A stretch of 64,000 nucleotides of DNA from Cyanophora paradoxa CCMP329 (GCA_004431415.1 QPMI01000395.1:434001-498000), one strand, 5' to 3'; numbered from the stretch's first letter, positions 27,501 to 40,524 are shown. The notes: generated by a model not told the origin, from the sequence alone. Numbers and translations are program-made.

Positions 27501-28004
27501 TGCAACACCAGCCAGCCGCCACGAGCCAGCTGACGCGGTCGAGCAAGATCACGCGGCTCGCTGGATCGACCTCGCTATGTGTGCATGCTATCGATGCTGC
27601 AGCTGTGCCGCAGTGTGATGCTCTGTCGCTGCTCGCTGCGAGAGCTCCCTGCACGCGAATCTAGAAGCCGCTGAGGTTGCTCGCCGTCTGAGCCGAGCCA
27701 GCTTGCGGCTTGTGGTCGGCCCACCCCCCCCGTCAGTTGCCCCCCCCCCCAAGATCTTTTTTTCCCTGAGTTCGCGATCGCGCGATCGAACCGGCCACAT
27801 TCAAGCCGCGCCGTGACGCCACAAATGTCCACAATGACGCGCCCTCCACAATGAATGAGCATGAGCCCACCCCATGATCCAAATTTACTAAGTTAGGCCT
27901 ATATCATCAGGCTCTATACATCACCGTCCCATCAGTCCCATCACTCCGCGCGCACATGGTCAGCCTGGCAGCATGCGCAGGCCAGGTACCAGTCCGTGTA
28001 TCCT

Positions 28005-31000
28005 TCACAGGGCGAGGGCGGCGGGGATGGGGAGGTTGCTGGGGCGCCGGCGGGGGCCGTGCCCGGGGGAGCGCGGGTCGGAGCCGGGGCCGGAGGCCCG
28101 CGCGAGGGCGGCGCGCTGCTTCACGGCGGCGGCGAGCAGGTCCGACGGGACGTGGCCCGAGGGCGCCGCGCCCTGCGCCTGGGGCGGCCCGAGGCGGGAG
28201 AGGAGGGCGCCCTGGGGCCGCGGGAAGAGGGGCGCGGTGGAGGGGAGCGAGTGCGGGAGGGAAAGGGGCCCGTCCCGTCGTCGAACCCGAAGACGGGCCC
28301 GCGGCTCCCCGGGAACGACGAGCCGCTGGCCGTGTGGGCGAGCCGCCGCAGCAGCTGCTGCTGCGGCTGCGGACCGGGCGAGCCCACCGCGCGCGCGGCG
28401 AGGAGGGCCGCGGCGCTGCGGGAGGCCCGAGGGTGGGCAGGGCCTCCGGGGCAGCGAAGCGGGCGCGCCGCGCGGCTGGGGCGGCCCCCGGCCGCCGGGC
28501 CGGGGCCCGGCGAGCCGCGCGAGGCGGCGGTGGAGGGCGTGTCGGGGTGGTGGCCATGGGCGGGGAAGGGGCCGGGCGAGAGGGGCGGGAGGGCGGGGCC
28601 GGCGGGGGCCGTCCCTGGGGCGAGGGGCTGCGCGAACGCGTCCCGGGAGAACGAAGCGGAGAAGAAGGGAGGGCGGCCGTGGGCGCCGTGAGGGGCGGCC
28701 CCGCGCCCGGGCCGCGGGGGCCCGCCGGCCCGCGCCGCCGGCCGCGGGGTCGTAGGATCCCCCGGCGGGGGCCGCCGGAACGGGGAGAGGGCCTCGGCGC
28801 GGGCGGCGCGGCGCTCGGCGCGGGTGCGGGCGAGGTCGGGCGTGCTCTGGCGCCCGGCGGAGGCGTCGTCCATCCAGAAGCGGCCCTCGATCGCCAGCAC
28901 CTCCCGCGCCTCTTCCAGCGCCGCCGCCGCCGCCGGCGACTGGCGCGGCGGCGGCGGCGGCGGCGCGCGCGCGAGGCCTCCGGGGCCGGGGGCGAGGGGG
29001 CCGCCGGGGCAGCGCGGGGCCGAGGCGGAGGGGCGGAGGGGAGGGCCCGGGCGGAGCCCGAGGTGGGCCGCCCAGGAGGCGGGCAGGAGCCCGCCGGCGG
29101 CGGCGACGCCGGGGGGAGGCGGCGGGATGGCGGGCGGGGGCGGCGGCAGCTCGATAGGGGTGGCGGGGGCGGGGGCGGCGCGGGTGTCGGGCCGGGAGAG
29201 CGCGGCGAAAAGCAGCGCCCCGGCGTCCAGAAGGGACCCGTCCCCTCCGCCTCCGCCGGAGCCGGAGCCGGCCCCGGCCCCGGCGCCGCCCCCCAGACCC
29301 AAAGCCCTCCGCAGGACCGACCGGACGTGCTCCAGCGACTCGGGGGGTACCTGGGACAGGAACTCGCCCCGCCTCTGCTCGAGAATGAGTTCGAACGGGG
29401 GGGAGGGAGCGAAGGGGGGTACGCGGGTTCGCCTGCGGGTCGGAGAGCTCGGAGACGAGGATGCGGACGGGGGCGCTCCGCCGCTTGAGGGCCTTCAGGG
29501 CGGCCCGCCGGCGCTGCGTCCCGCGCGAGGCCACGCCCCGCACGGAGATGCCGCCGGGCCGGCCCCTGCTCCCCGGCCGCTCCCTGCTCCCCGGCCTCTC
29601 TCGGCTGCCGGGCCTCTCCCTGCTCCCCGGCCGTTCCCTGCTCCCCGGCCTTTCCCGACTCCCGGGCCGCCCTCGGCTCGCCGGGCGCACCCCGCCGGCG
29701 CTCCGCAGCACCCGCCGCTGCGCCTGCGGGGTGCCGTGCGGTCAGGAGGTGGATGAGCGGCCGGGGGGTACGCGTTTCGCGCCTTCACGAGGGCCTCTAC
29801 GGCTCGCTCGAGGACCGCCTGCTCCACCGTGGCTCCCGTCCGGGGTACTGCGGCCCGGCCCGAGCACGTGAGAGGGGGGAAGAGACGGGCAGGGGTAGCG
29901 GAAGGAAGCCGGTCACCTTTCGTGTGCGGCGGGAGGCGCGGGCTCGCTCCGCCCGACGGGGACACGGCGCCCGTCGCCGGCGCGGCGGGCGGCGCGGAAG
30001 GACCCTGGCCCCCCGGGCCGGCGGCGCCGGCGGCGGGAGAGGAAATGGAGGCGGCCGATCTCTCGGGGGCGCCGCCGGACCCGCCCGGGGCGGGCGACGG
30101 CGACTGGCCCGCGGCCGCCCACTCGTGCGCCCAGAGCCACCGCAGCATCTCCCCGCCTGCAATCGACGACGACGACGGGGCGCGTGGGCGGGCAAGGAGA
30201 AAATGGAAGCGGGCGCGGGGGCGGGAGCGCACGGCGGGCGCGGGAAGCCCCCGCGGCCTTGAGCCTCTCCAGGACCCGCAGCTGGCGCTCCGTCGCGCCC
30301 CTGCGCGCGCAGCTTGTCCCCGCGGCGGCGCGGCGATGCGCAAGCTTCTGCGGCTGCATCGCACCGGCCGCGCCGCTCCGACGACGCGAGGCGCTTCAGG
30401 CGGCTCGCATGCGCCGCGTCCCACGGGTTCCGCTTGTGCGGGCCGGCCGCCACCGCCGCCGCCGCCTGCACCACCTCGTGCGCGCCCGCCAGCTCCGGCA
30501 GGCCCTCCATGAACTGCGAGCGAAGCAGCCGCCGGGTCGGACAGGAACGGGGGGTAGAAGAGGGATGGGGGGGTACGGGCCTTGGGCATGGCGGCGCGCT
30601 CGGCGGCGGCCGCCTCGAGCCGCCTGCGGAGCTCCCCCGCGAGCGGGTCGGTACCCCCTCCTTCCCCATCGGATTCATCCTCCTCGTCCGACTCCTCCTC
30701 CTCCTCGAGGTCGTCCAGACTCTCGCTCCCTTCCTCCTCCTCCTCCTCTTCCTCCCGGAAGAGCCGCGGGTTCCTCGCGATCTCGGCGAAGATGGCCCGC
30801 GCCTCCTCCAGCGTGGCCTTGGCGCCGACGACCATGCCCGTGCCCTGCAGGCCCCGGAAGAGCGCGCTGGCGGTCGTCTCCGCCATCGGGTCGCTCGAGG
30901 GCGCCCCCAGCGTCGACGAGAAGACCGCCGACGAGGCCGTGTTCTGCGAGGCCGTTCTACGGCCGAACTGCAGAACTGAACGGGGAACGGGCGGACCTGC

Positions 31001-34000
31001 AGGGAGAGGGACGCGGGGCGGGAGTTCTGCTGCTGGAGGTGGATGGATGCGGGGCGGGCGTGCAGGGGGAGGGACGGGGGCCGGGAGGAGGCTCCCGCCC
31101 CGGGCCCCACCCGCGCGGGCGCCGTCGCCACCGCCGCGCGCCCCGCGCGGCCCGCCGCTCCGGCCTCGGCCTCGGGCGGCGGGGAGGCTCCCCCGCTGGA
31201 CGGCGGGGATCGGGAGCGGGAGCGGCCCGACCCGCCCGCGGGCCCCGCCTCCTCCGCGATTCCTCCCCCCGGACCAACGAGCCCCCGCTGCGAACGAAGC
31301 CACGCCTCAGCTGGCGAACGAACGTTCGGGAGAACGCTCGGGCGAACCTTGGCCATCTCGCGGTGCCAGAGGCGAACGATCTCCTGGGCCTCGGCGTGGT
31401 TGCGCCCGGCGAGCGCGAGGGTCATCCGCAGCAGCTTGCGCGACTCGCGCTCCTCGCGGGCGCGCCGCCGCTCGGAGTGCGCCGGCGCCGTCGACACGGG
31501 CTTCTTCGCGCCGTGCTGGTGCACCTTGGGGCCCACGCCGGCGTACTTGCGGCGAACGCTCTCCGGAACGGGCGCAAGCTCCCGCGCCTGCGCCGGGCGC
31601 CCGCCCCCGGCGAGCCGCCCCGAGGAACGTTCCTCCCGCGCCCTCATGCGCTCGAGCTCCCGTTCCTCCGCCCACGTCATCTCCCTCAGCTCTGCTCAGA
31701 TTCAGATGACGGAAAGAAACGTCAAGAATCCAAAGGGGTACGGCACGCACCGCCGTCGGGGCCGTCGAAGTACCCCCCGCCGATCCCGGAGTGCTTCCAG
31801 ACCTTGCCGCCGCCGCCGCCGCCGCTCCGGGGGGAACGGCCCGGCGAAGCCGGGCTCCACCCCCCGAAGCCCTGGTCGTACCCCCCCGCGTCCTCTTCCG
31901 GCCCAGCCGAGAGCGAGTTGCGCCCCGACCGCCAGGCGGGCCCGTCCGAGCCCTTCTCCCAAGGGCCGGCGCTCCAGTCGCCGGTCCCCGCGGGGCCGAG
32001 GCCGCCGGGGTCGGGCGCGCCCCCCGCGGCGCGCCCCCACTTCCACACGGGCCGCTCCCCGCCGGCCCCGGCGCCGGCGCCCCGCAGGGGCTCCCGTTGG
32101 GGCCGATGCCCCCCTTGTCAAAGCCGCGCCGGACCGTACCCCCCGCGACGAAGGTCCCTTCGGGGTGCGAGCTGGGCCTCCGTTCCGGCCCCCCCTCCGC
32201 TTCCGCCGCGGCCCGTCGCTTCGCCTCCGCCGCCTCCGCCGCCGCCCGCGCCGCCTCCTCCCCGGCCTCTCGCCTGCGCACCTCCGCCGCCCGCCGCTCG
32301 GCCTCGCGCGCGCGCGCCGTCCTCGCCGCCGCCTCCTCCGCCTCGCGCGCCGCCTGCGCCGCCGCCTCCTTCGCCGCCTGCGCCGCCTTGGCGGCCTCCA
32401 TCCTCGCCACGATGCCGGCGGCCCTTGGCTTCTTGCCCTTGCCCTTCTTTCCCTTGCCCCGGGACGACTTGGCTGACTTGGCGGAGCGCCCGGAGCGCGC
32501 CGAGCGGGCCGAGCGGGCCGAGCGGGCCCGCCGCCGCCGCCGCGCCGTCCGGCCGCCCGAGGAAGAGGACGAGGACGAGGAGGACGAGGAGGAGGAGGAA
32601 GTGAGCGAGGACCAGTCCCTGCGGGGGTACGGCGGAGGGCGCGTAAACGAGCCGCTGGAGAGCGGCGGCCCCGTACCCCCCCACGAACCCGCTGCTGAAA
32701 GAAGCCTCGCCATCGTCGTCCCCGGGAGGCGCATCCTCGTTGATCTGCGGGGGGTACGCCCGTCAGAAAGGCGGGGTGCACCGCTCGACGGGCCCCGCCC
32801 CGCGCGCCTGTACCCCCTTCTTCTTCCTCAGGATCTGCTTCTCCTTGGCCAGCTGCCTGCGGACGGGCTTCGAGCGAGAACGGAGGGGGGGATGATGAGG
32901 GGGGTACAGGCGCACTGCCGGAGGACCTGCGTGGTCGCCGCGACGAGGCGCTGGACGTCCATACCCCCCGCGTCGGCCCCCGCCCCCGCCTCGCCCTCGG
33001 CTGCGCGCACGCGTGTACTCCGGGTCAGACCCACCAGAGGAGGAAGCAGGAGCCCGGCCCCGCTCGCGGACCGGGCGGCGCGTGCTGGGCCGCGTCCGCC
33101 TCCTGCTCGGCCCGCGCCGCCGCCGCCTCGATCTCCCTCCGCTCCTCGTCGGAGTCCACCTGCTCGCCGGCCCGGCGCCGCTCCTCGATCCGCAGCTGCG
33201 CCCTCCGCTTTGCCTCCAGCGCCGCCTTCCGCCGCGCCGCCGCCGCCGCCCGCTCCGCCGCCCGCTCCACTTCCATCTCCATTTCTGATGAGGGCGGAGG
33301 GATCCGTCGTCAAGTTGCTACCGTTCTCCACGAGAGGAAGAGGTCGGCGAAAACAATAGCGTACCCAGGACGTCCTCCATCCAGTGGCGCAGCTCCTTGA
33401 AGGCCGCCTCCTGGGGCGTGTACCCCACCTGCTTCAGCACCTTCAGGACCTGCGGGGAGGGAGGCAGAGTCAGCGAACGCTGTACCCCCTGACGCTTCTT
33501 CCCCTCCCTCAATCCCCTCAAAAACGCGCCTTGAGCTCGCGGATGCGCTCGGCAACGACTGCGGCGAACGAGACTCCCTTCTTCCGCCGCCGCCGCGACG
33601 CGACCGACCGCCGCTTGTCTGCCGCCCCTCTTAGAGGCGGGAAGGGGGGAAGAGGAGGGGGGGATAGGGGAGGGGGGGGGGGGGGGGGGGCGTACACTTC
33701 TCGGTGATGTCGAGGACCACACCAAGGAACAGCTCCTCGCTGATCTCGACGTAGCTGCGCGGCGTGAGGGGGGGGTGGGCGGGCGGGGGTACGCCGCGCC
33801 GCGCCGCGCGACTCACTCGTGCACGTCCAGCGACGGGTTCCACGTGTCTACCCCGAAGGGAGTCAGGCGAGGGGGAAGGGAGGGACGGGGGTACAGGACC
33901 GGCGGACGGCGCACCGATTAGCTCGAAGAAGCCTGCATAGAACTGCTCGTACGCCATCGCGGTAGCCCCCTCGCCCGCGTCCAGCCGCCAGTCCTCCTGC

Positions 34001-34813
34001 GCCGAAAATGAGGGGGGGGGGGGAGGGGGAGAGGGGTAGGGGGGCGCGCCTCGGCGGATTTGAGGGCCGCTTCGTCGTCGTTCTCGACCAGCATCTTGTA
34101 CATCCTGTACCCGCGTTAGAGGGATACGCGGCGGCGCGAAAAGGGGGCGTGCTTGGAGTTGAACTCGACGTAGGCGGCCTTCGGGAGGGTACCGTGCTCG
34201 TCCTTATCCATCACGTGCCACCAGAGGTCGATAACCTGCTCGTAGCGCATCGGGGGAAGCCCGGGCGCGCCCGGGCCGGTCCCCGCGCCCGCTCCGGCGC
34301 ACCCGCTTGACTTGCGGGTGCCTGCTCGCCTCCTCCCGGCGCTCTATCGCCTCCTCCGTGTACAACGAGAAATCTCCCTGCGTGCGCGCTCGGCTTAGAA
34401 GGCTCAGGAAAGAGTGCCGCGCCGGGCCCGCCTGCAAATGGATGGGGGCCGTGTCCCGCAGCTTCGGATCGAGGACCAGGTCCGTCTCTGCGGCGGCAGC
34501 GGCGGCTCAGCGCGGGGCGGCGCGTGCGCTGAGCCGCGAGCGCCGCCCGCCTTTGGTGGTCGTTGTGATGACAGACGCGAGGCGGTCCTTGAGGGCACTC
34601 CATCTGCAACGCACGGAGCAAGCGAAATCAGCGACGGGCAGAGGGAGCCCACAGGGCGGCGCGGGGCTGTACGTGTGCGCACTTTGTGTGGACAGGATCC
34701 TCAACGAAGCCCACTGAGCTCCGCCGTCTGTTCCTGCGCGCCTGGTGTGCCCCGTCCGAAGACGCCAGCGAGGAACGCCTGTTCTGCTGTCCCTCCGGAG
34801 TGGTGGCACTCAT
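28005..34813 (-). CDS. Multi-exon protein with an N-terminal EF-hand-like region and a long low-complexity/coiled-coil tail
   Basis: Spliced reading is MSATTPEG...QGDFSLYTEEAIERREEASRHPQVKRVIDLWWHVMDKDEHGTLPKAAYVEFNSKMYKMLVENDDEAALKSAEEDWRLDAGEG...YEQFYAGFFELI. DKDEHGTLPKAAY fits a degenerate EF-loop. Downstream exons are Ala/Glu/Arg helical, poly-Ser, poly-Glu and Pro-rich, and appear to link through introns to the stop at 28005. It could be two genes. Confidence 0.6.
29563..29670. repeat. 18-bp coding tandem repeat (SRERPG, about 6 copies, minus strand)
   Basis: ccctgctccccggcc-type unit is repeated; ORF 28005..29711 shows GSRERP repeats. Confidence 0.85.
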
Positions 34814-35086
34814 GGCTGCGAGGCTAGCTGCGGTGACCGGCGGGCCCCGCTTCCGCCGCCGCTCGCCTGCAGACCTCCGGGCCGCTTAAGTTAGCTAGTC
34901 CGCTATACGCCGCCTGGGGCAGGAAAGCTAGGTCCTGCCATGCTCCCAAAGGCCCAGAGAGGGTCCTGTGCCTAAGTGCTCGCCGTGCGTGCGTTGGAGG
35001 CTTGAGACTTCTTTCTCCTGTACCCGGCAAACTAGCAAGAAAGAAGCAGCGCGCAGCCCAGGCCTCAGCTCGCAGCACGCACAAAG

Positions 35087-36047
35087 ATGGAGAGCAGTGG
35101 TAGCAGCGGCGGCGGCGGCCTTTTCGGCAGGGCTTCCACCGCCTTGTCCGGCAAAGGCTTGGGGTGGATGGTGCGACGCGCTCCGACCGCGCTGTCTGCC
35201 AAGCTGAGCGGCTCCGCAGCTCGAGGTGGACGACGAGGACGACCTGGAGATGTACCAGCGCCCGCTGATGTGAGGCGGCCCATCGCGCCTGGATTCTCTA
35301 GCTGACGCCCCTCGCGGCGCAGGGAAGAGCTGGACATCGATCTCAAGGTGCAGACGAATGCGTCACGAACGGCGCCGACGCTGAGCGCCGCCCGCAGGAC
35401 ATCTTTTTGAAGGCGAAGTGCATCCTGGTGCCCACGGCCGCGAACCGCGCGGTGCTCGCGGAGGCAACGGACTTCTGGGGCCCGCTCTTCGTCGTGCTTG
35501 CTTACGGGATGCTGCTTCTCTGGCGGCACCTCTCCGTCCGCCCGCCCCCGCGTGTCCGCTCTCGGTCCTCCCGGCTCACCGCTCCGCTCCGCGCGCCAGG
35601 TCGTTTCGTGGGTGATCACCATCTGGGTCGTCGGATCTATTCTCATCTCGGTCGTCTCTCGGCTGCTCGGCTGCGAGGCGTCCTTCAGCAGGACCCTCGG
35701 CGTAACCGGCTACAGCTGCGCCCCGCTCGTCGTCGCCGCTATCGCCCTCGTCTTCTTCGGTCGCGTACCCCTCTTCTCCTTCCTCATCAAGGTGCCGTAC
35801 CCTGCCGCGCCTCCCCCCCCCCTCCCCGCCCCTCAAGGGGTACACCGTACAGGCCGGCGGCGTCTGCTGGGCGACGTTTGCCTCGGGCTCCATCATCATG
35901 GCAGGCGCTGAGGGCCTGGAGAAGAAGCGGGGAATGATCTTCTGTGCGCTGCTTGTTTCTCCTTATTCGTATTCATAGCTAACGGGCGCCGCAGACCCCA
36001 CGTTTCTCCTCTACATGTTCTTCGTGAACCTAATGAGCGGAGTATAG
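35087..36047 (+). CDS. YIPF4: Yip1-domain Golgi membrane protein, YIPF4-like
   Basis: Spliced exons give GWMLEVDDEDD...PLMEELDIDLKDIFLKAKCIL...DFWGPLFVVL...VVSWVITIWVVGS...LGVTGYS...YPTFLLYMFFVNLMSGV*. This matches the YIPF4 motifs EELDIDLKDI, DFWGPL, VVSWxITIW and the C-terminal YPxFLLY..GV. Confidence 0.95.
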
Positions 36048-36064
36048 CATTTGTACCAATGTCA

Positions 36065-38031
36065 TTAACAGCGCCACGGATTTATCTTAAGCTTCTGGAT
36101 TGCTCTACCCCGCGCACGCCTCGGAGCGCCTCGGCTCCACCAGAACTCCGCGGGGGGGCGGCACGCCCGCCGGGACCTGCGCGCGCGTACCCGGGGGGCG
36201 GGCGGGGTCAGGATAGCGCAGGCGGCGGCGCCGTCGTCGGCGGCGGGGCAGGGCGGGGGGCGGGGCGGGGCGACGCGCACGACGGAGTAGGGGTCGTACC
36301 CCCTGTCCCTGAAGAAATCCACTACCCCCGCCAGGGACCGGAGGCTGTTGAACTCCCTCCGCTCTGCGGGCGGGGGTAGGATCAAGTTAGGGGGGAAGGA
36401 GCGACTGGGGGGCAGGGGGTGCATGCAGACCGTGCCGGTCCTGTACCCCCAGGAGCATGAACATGAGGTGCGTGTGGGTTGTGGTGAAGCTCGTACCCAG
36501 CTCCGTTGCGATCCTGGGATGGGGTACAATCGGAAATCGGAAACGGCGCGGCGGGGAACAGCGGAGGCGCCGGGGGGGGGGGGGGAGGGGAGGGGGGGAG
36601 GGGGGGGAGGGGAGGGGGGGGGAGGGGGGTAGGGGCACCGGAGGAAGTCAAGCGCGCACTCCAGCGGGGGGGTATCGTGACCCGAGAAGAGCGCGGGGTT
36701 CTGAAGGAGGCCCCGGGCGGCCATGACGCCGTGTACCCCTGTCCGATCCTGGAAGTCGCGCCCGTCCTGAAGCGTGAAGACGTTCCCTGCGCCGAAAAAG
36801 GTTGACATCGGGTGGAAGGGGAGGAACGAGGGTACAGGGCTCGCGGACCGTTGCCCACGACGGGTACGGAGACGCTCTCCACGGCCTGCGGGACGTGAGG
36901 AGGCTGGGGCGAGGGACGGGGCGGGGCGGGGCGGCTCGCCAGCTTGACGCCGTCGTACTTCACGGGGTACGAGGAGGCCTCGTGGACGGTGCGTCCTGGG
37001 GGCCGCTCGAAACGCAAGGCCGGCGATGCGGGGCGGGAGCCCGGAGGGGGGTACCGTGAACTGAGAGCCAGGCCACGCCGGCCTTCTCCAGCACCTGGAC
37101 GAGCTCCACCGTCCTCCTCAGGTCGGGATCCTGCGGGGCGGGGCGGGGCGGGGCGGGGCGGGTTCGAATCCTGGCGAGGGCACTTTGGAGATGGGGGGGC
37201 GCGGGCGGGCGGGCGCGCCAGCCGTATCTTGACCGTGACGGGGAGCCGCGAGCGCTCCGTGGCGGCCCGGACCATGTCTCGTATGAGCTCGGGCCGGCGC
37301 TGCCGCGCACGCGTCGGGGTACGTGTTTGTCAGAGAGAGCGCCACGGGCCGGGCCAGGCCAGGCAGCGCACCAGCAGCGACGCGCCGATCCCGTCCTGCA
37401 GCGCCCAGCGCTGCGGACAGCCGCAGTTGAGGTCTGAGCGCCGCTCTCGTGTCAGGCGCGGCGGGGCCCCCCGGGGGCGTCGGCGCGGCGTCTGGCACCG
37501 ATCGCGTCCGCGTATCTGCGAGGGCTCGATCGGCGCTCGCGGGCGGGGCGGGGCGGGGCGGGTACGACGCGCGGCGCACCCCACCAGCTGCTCCGCGCAG
37601 CTCGCGAACTCGGATGGGTCATTCGTCGCAAACTGTGCGACGAGCGGGCGGTCCGCTGCGCAGCGCGTGAGGGCCGAGCCGGCCGCCCGCTTCTGAGAGC
37701 GCGCAGCACCTTCGTTCGTGGTGAAGTCGCAGTCCCGTGCCTTCTGCGACCTGAGCGCGCACTCGGCGAGCGCGCGGGGGCGGTCGCCGCGCGCGCGGAC
37801 CGCAAGAAGGACGCGGCTATGATCATCGGGGTGTACGCTAACTCGCATCCCCACCTGCGCGATCGGAGGCCTTTCAAAGGCGTGCGCCGTTCGACTCCGA
37901 AAGCCGCACCGCCTGACAAGGTTCCTGAAGGCCAGCTTGGAGTAGCGGACCATGGGGGCGCAAATGCGGATCGGGTCGCCGCGGCGGCGCCCCTCCCGCA
38001 GCAGCTCAACGATGTCCGCATGCTCCTTCAT
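36065..38031 (-). CDS. DUS4: tRNA-dihydrouridine(20a/20b) synthase, DUS4-like
   Basis: Motifs APMVRYSKLAFR, YTPMI, DRPLVAQF, DLNCGCPQRWA (catalytic Cys), VKIRL, VHGRT and GVMAARGLLQNPALF are spread over short exons. APMVRYSKL and NCGCPQxWA mark the DUS4 subfamily. The exact stop is uncertain. Confidence 0.93.
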
Positions 38032-38539
38032 TCTCTCGCGGCGCCGCCTGGGCAGACGGGGCGCCGGTCGATACTGGGATCAAATCAGACGCCCAGCCGC
38101 AAGTCGACGACCGTTGCACCTCCCGCTGAGCTGAGTGCGTCTTCTTGCTGCCAAGTCGCCGCTAGGAACCTGCTGCCTAGGAACCGCAGCTGCGGCCCGG
38201 TCGCGACGCGCCTGATTCTGCAGGCGTGCAGCCGCTAAGCTAGGATATGACTCACGACAAGAGAACTGCAGGAGGCGGCGGCGGCGGGACCTCGGCTGCC
38301 GAGCGAGCGTACCCCGCGACCATCGGTCCCCACGAAAACGAAGCAAGCGCTGCAGGATTGCCCCGAATCGGTGTCGGCACACGCTGAGTCGGCTTTAGCT
38401 GTGCGCGATCTGGCATCTGCGGCGGATCTGGGCTTTTGGAGGATCTTGCGCGAAGCTCATCCCCGTCAGCGCTAGCGCGCAGCAGCTTGAGGGCTCTCTG
38501 CGCGGATGTACCGGCCGCAGCGAAGATAGCTTTGTGAGA

Positions 38540-39904
38540 ATGGCCGCCAGCCCGATCGATGGGGACGAGAAAGGCGGCTGGCCGTCGGAGATCTTCGAGC
38601 CCGGTGAGGAGGCGCAGGCTCAGCGGCTCGAGCTCACATGCGCCATCTGCTGCCTCGTCATGCGAGAGCCGGTGCGCACTCGCCGCTTGGCCGCTTCAGT
38701 AGCAGCCCTTACCAGGGCCGGCGCGCGTACGTATACGACTGACGCGGCCGCCCACAGACGCTGCTGGGGTGCTCGAACGAGCACGCGCTGTGTCGGGCGT
38801 GCGGCGAGCGGCTGGCGAGGGAGGCTGGCTACCCCTTTCAGCACGAGCGCCTAAGAGAGCAGCTCAAGTGCCCAATCGACCGCGATGTCATCGACCGCGA
38901 CCGCTTCCGGCCCGCCTTGTTCGTTGCTCGGCGCATCAACGAGCTGCGAGTGCAGTGCGCGTCTTGCGGGCAAACCGCGCGCATTGAGTTGCTGGAGTCT
39001 GATGCCGCCCGCGCAGTTGCCGGTTCCAGGGGCGGGGCTGCGGGTGGCGGGGCGACGTGGGCTCCTTCGCGGCACACGTAGCGGGCTGCGCGGCGGGCTG
39101 GGGTGCGTGCGGCGGCTGCGGGGCCCGCGTCCTTCTCGACGAGCTGCCGGTGCGCTTCTTCGGATTCCCTTCCGCCTCTTGCCTCACCCGCCGCGGCCGG
39201 CAGGCGCACGAGGCGACGTGCCGGCCGCCGTGCCCCAACGCCGAGCTCGGCTGCTCCTCCCGGCTACCCCGCTCGGAGCTCCCGGCGCACCTCGGCGCGC
39301 CGCTTCCTCGCGCTCCCTCTCCGACCCGCGCCTCCCCTGACCCGGCGCGGCCCGGGGCAGAGCGCTGCCTGCGGGAGCTCGTGGTGCGGCTGAGGCGCGA
39401 GAACGGCGACCTCGCCCGGGAGAAGGACGACGTCGTCGCCCGCCTCACGCGCTCCAAGGACGACCTCGCCGCCCGCCTCACCCGCGACAAAGGTCCGAAA
39501 GGAGATTTGATCCGAGCCTTCTTCCGCGCCCGCTGAGCGGCGCGGGGCGGGGCGCAGGCGCGCTGGAGCGGCGGGTGGAAGAGCTGTCGGCGCAGCTCGA
39601 GGCTATGAGGCACCGGGCCGAGGCGGCCGAGGCGCAGCCGGGCGCAGCGCCGCAGCGCGGCTCAGACGGGGCCCACGGGCATGGCCAGCTAAATACAACG
39701 CGCCCAAGGCCCAGCGTGCACGCGCACGCGCCTCCCGGCGCAAACATCGTGGACGCTGCGAGGCGCATGATGGCTGACAGGCATTTCGACTAGCTTGGCC
39801 ATGGCCCCCGGCGTGTGCGTTGGAACGTTCCTCCTTTGCCTCGGCTGCCCGCTCACCGGGGCGGGCGCGGGTCCGCAGGCACAGCGATCAGGCTCGTGCA
39901 CTAG
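38540..39904 (+). CDS. RING-finger / TRAF-type zinc-finger protein with coiled coil (probable E3 ubiquitin ligase)
   Basis: RING: CAICCLVMREP-TLLGCSNEHALCRAC...KCPIDR. This is followed by INELRVQC..GCGWRG....AHVAGC and CPNAELGC...ELPAHL (TRAF/SIAH-like fingers), then heptads. The 3' end is uncertain (39793 or 39904). Confidence 0.85.
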
Positions 39905-40524
39905 GAGGAATCCGGAGGCCTGGCAGCCAGGACAGCGGGGCAGCGCTAGCGCAGCGGCTGGCAACCGACGAGCGCGCGCGTGGCGCCCTCTGCCGCTGTG
40001 ACCAGAGGCCTAGGCGGTGGCCATGCGCATGTGACCTCGGCCCGGCCCCAGTATCGATATCCCGTGGCAGCTCATGAGATCTAGATCTGGAATCTGCGGT
40101 CTCTCGCCCATCTCGATCTTCTCCAAGGCGCCGGCTCGTTCCCTTCCCTCCAAGGCTCTTTCCCTCATTTATGTGAACTGGTATTAATATTAATCTACAC
40201 TTCGTCATGTATGCGAAATGCGAACTCTGATACTCTGGGCAAACAGTTGCGATTCTCTGCAAATAGCAAGCTGATATCGATTGCGCGGCGACTCAGTGAA
40301 ATAAAGCGAGTCCGAACGTCCGACGGCCTGCTTCTAACTTCATAGTCTACGCCGAAAATTGAGGAAAGGAGGGCACACGATGCGGCGAACATCACATTTT
40401 CAAGGCTATGAATAAATACTACGGCACTGTACATGATGGATCTTCACTGCATAACTGAATGAGATGAATTACATGATAAAGCTTAAAACTAAGTGCGAAA
40501 CTCGACAAGGAAACGAATGCGCTT

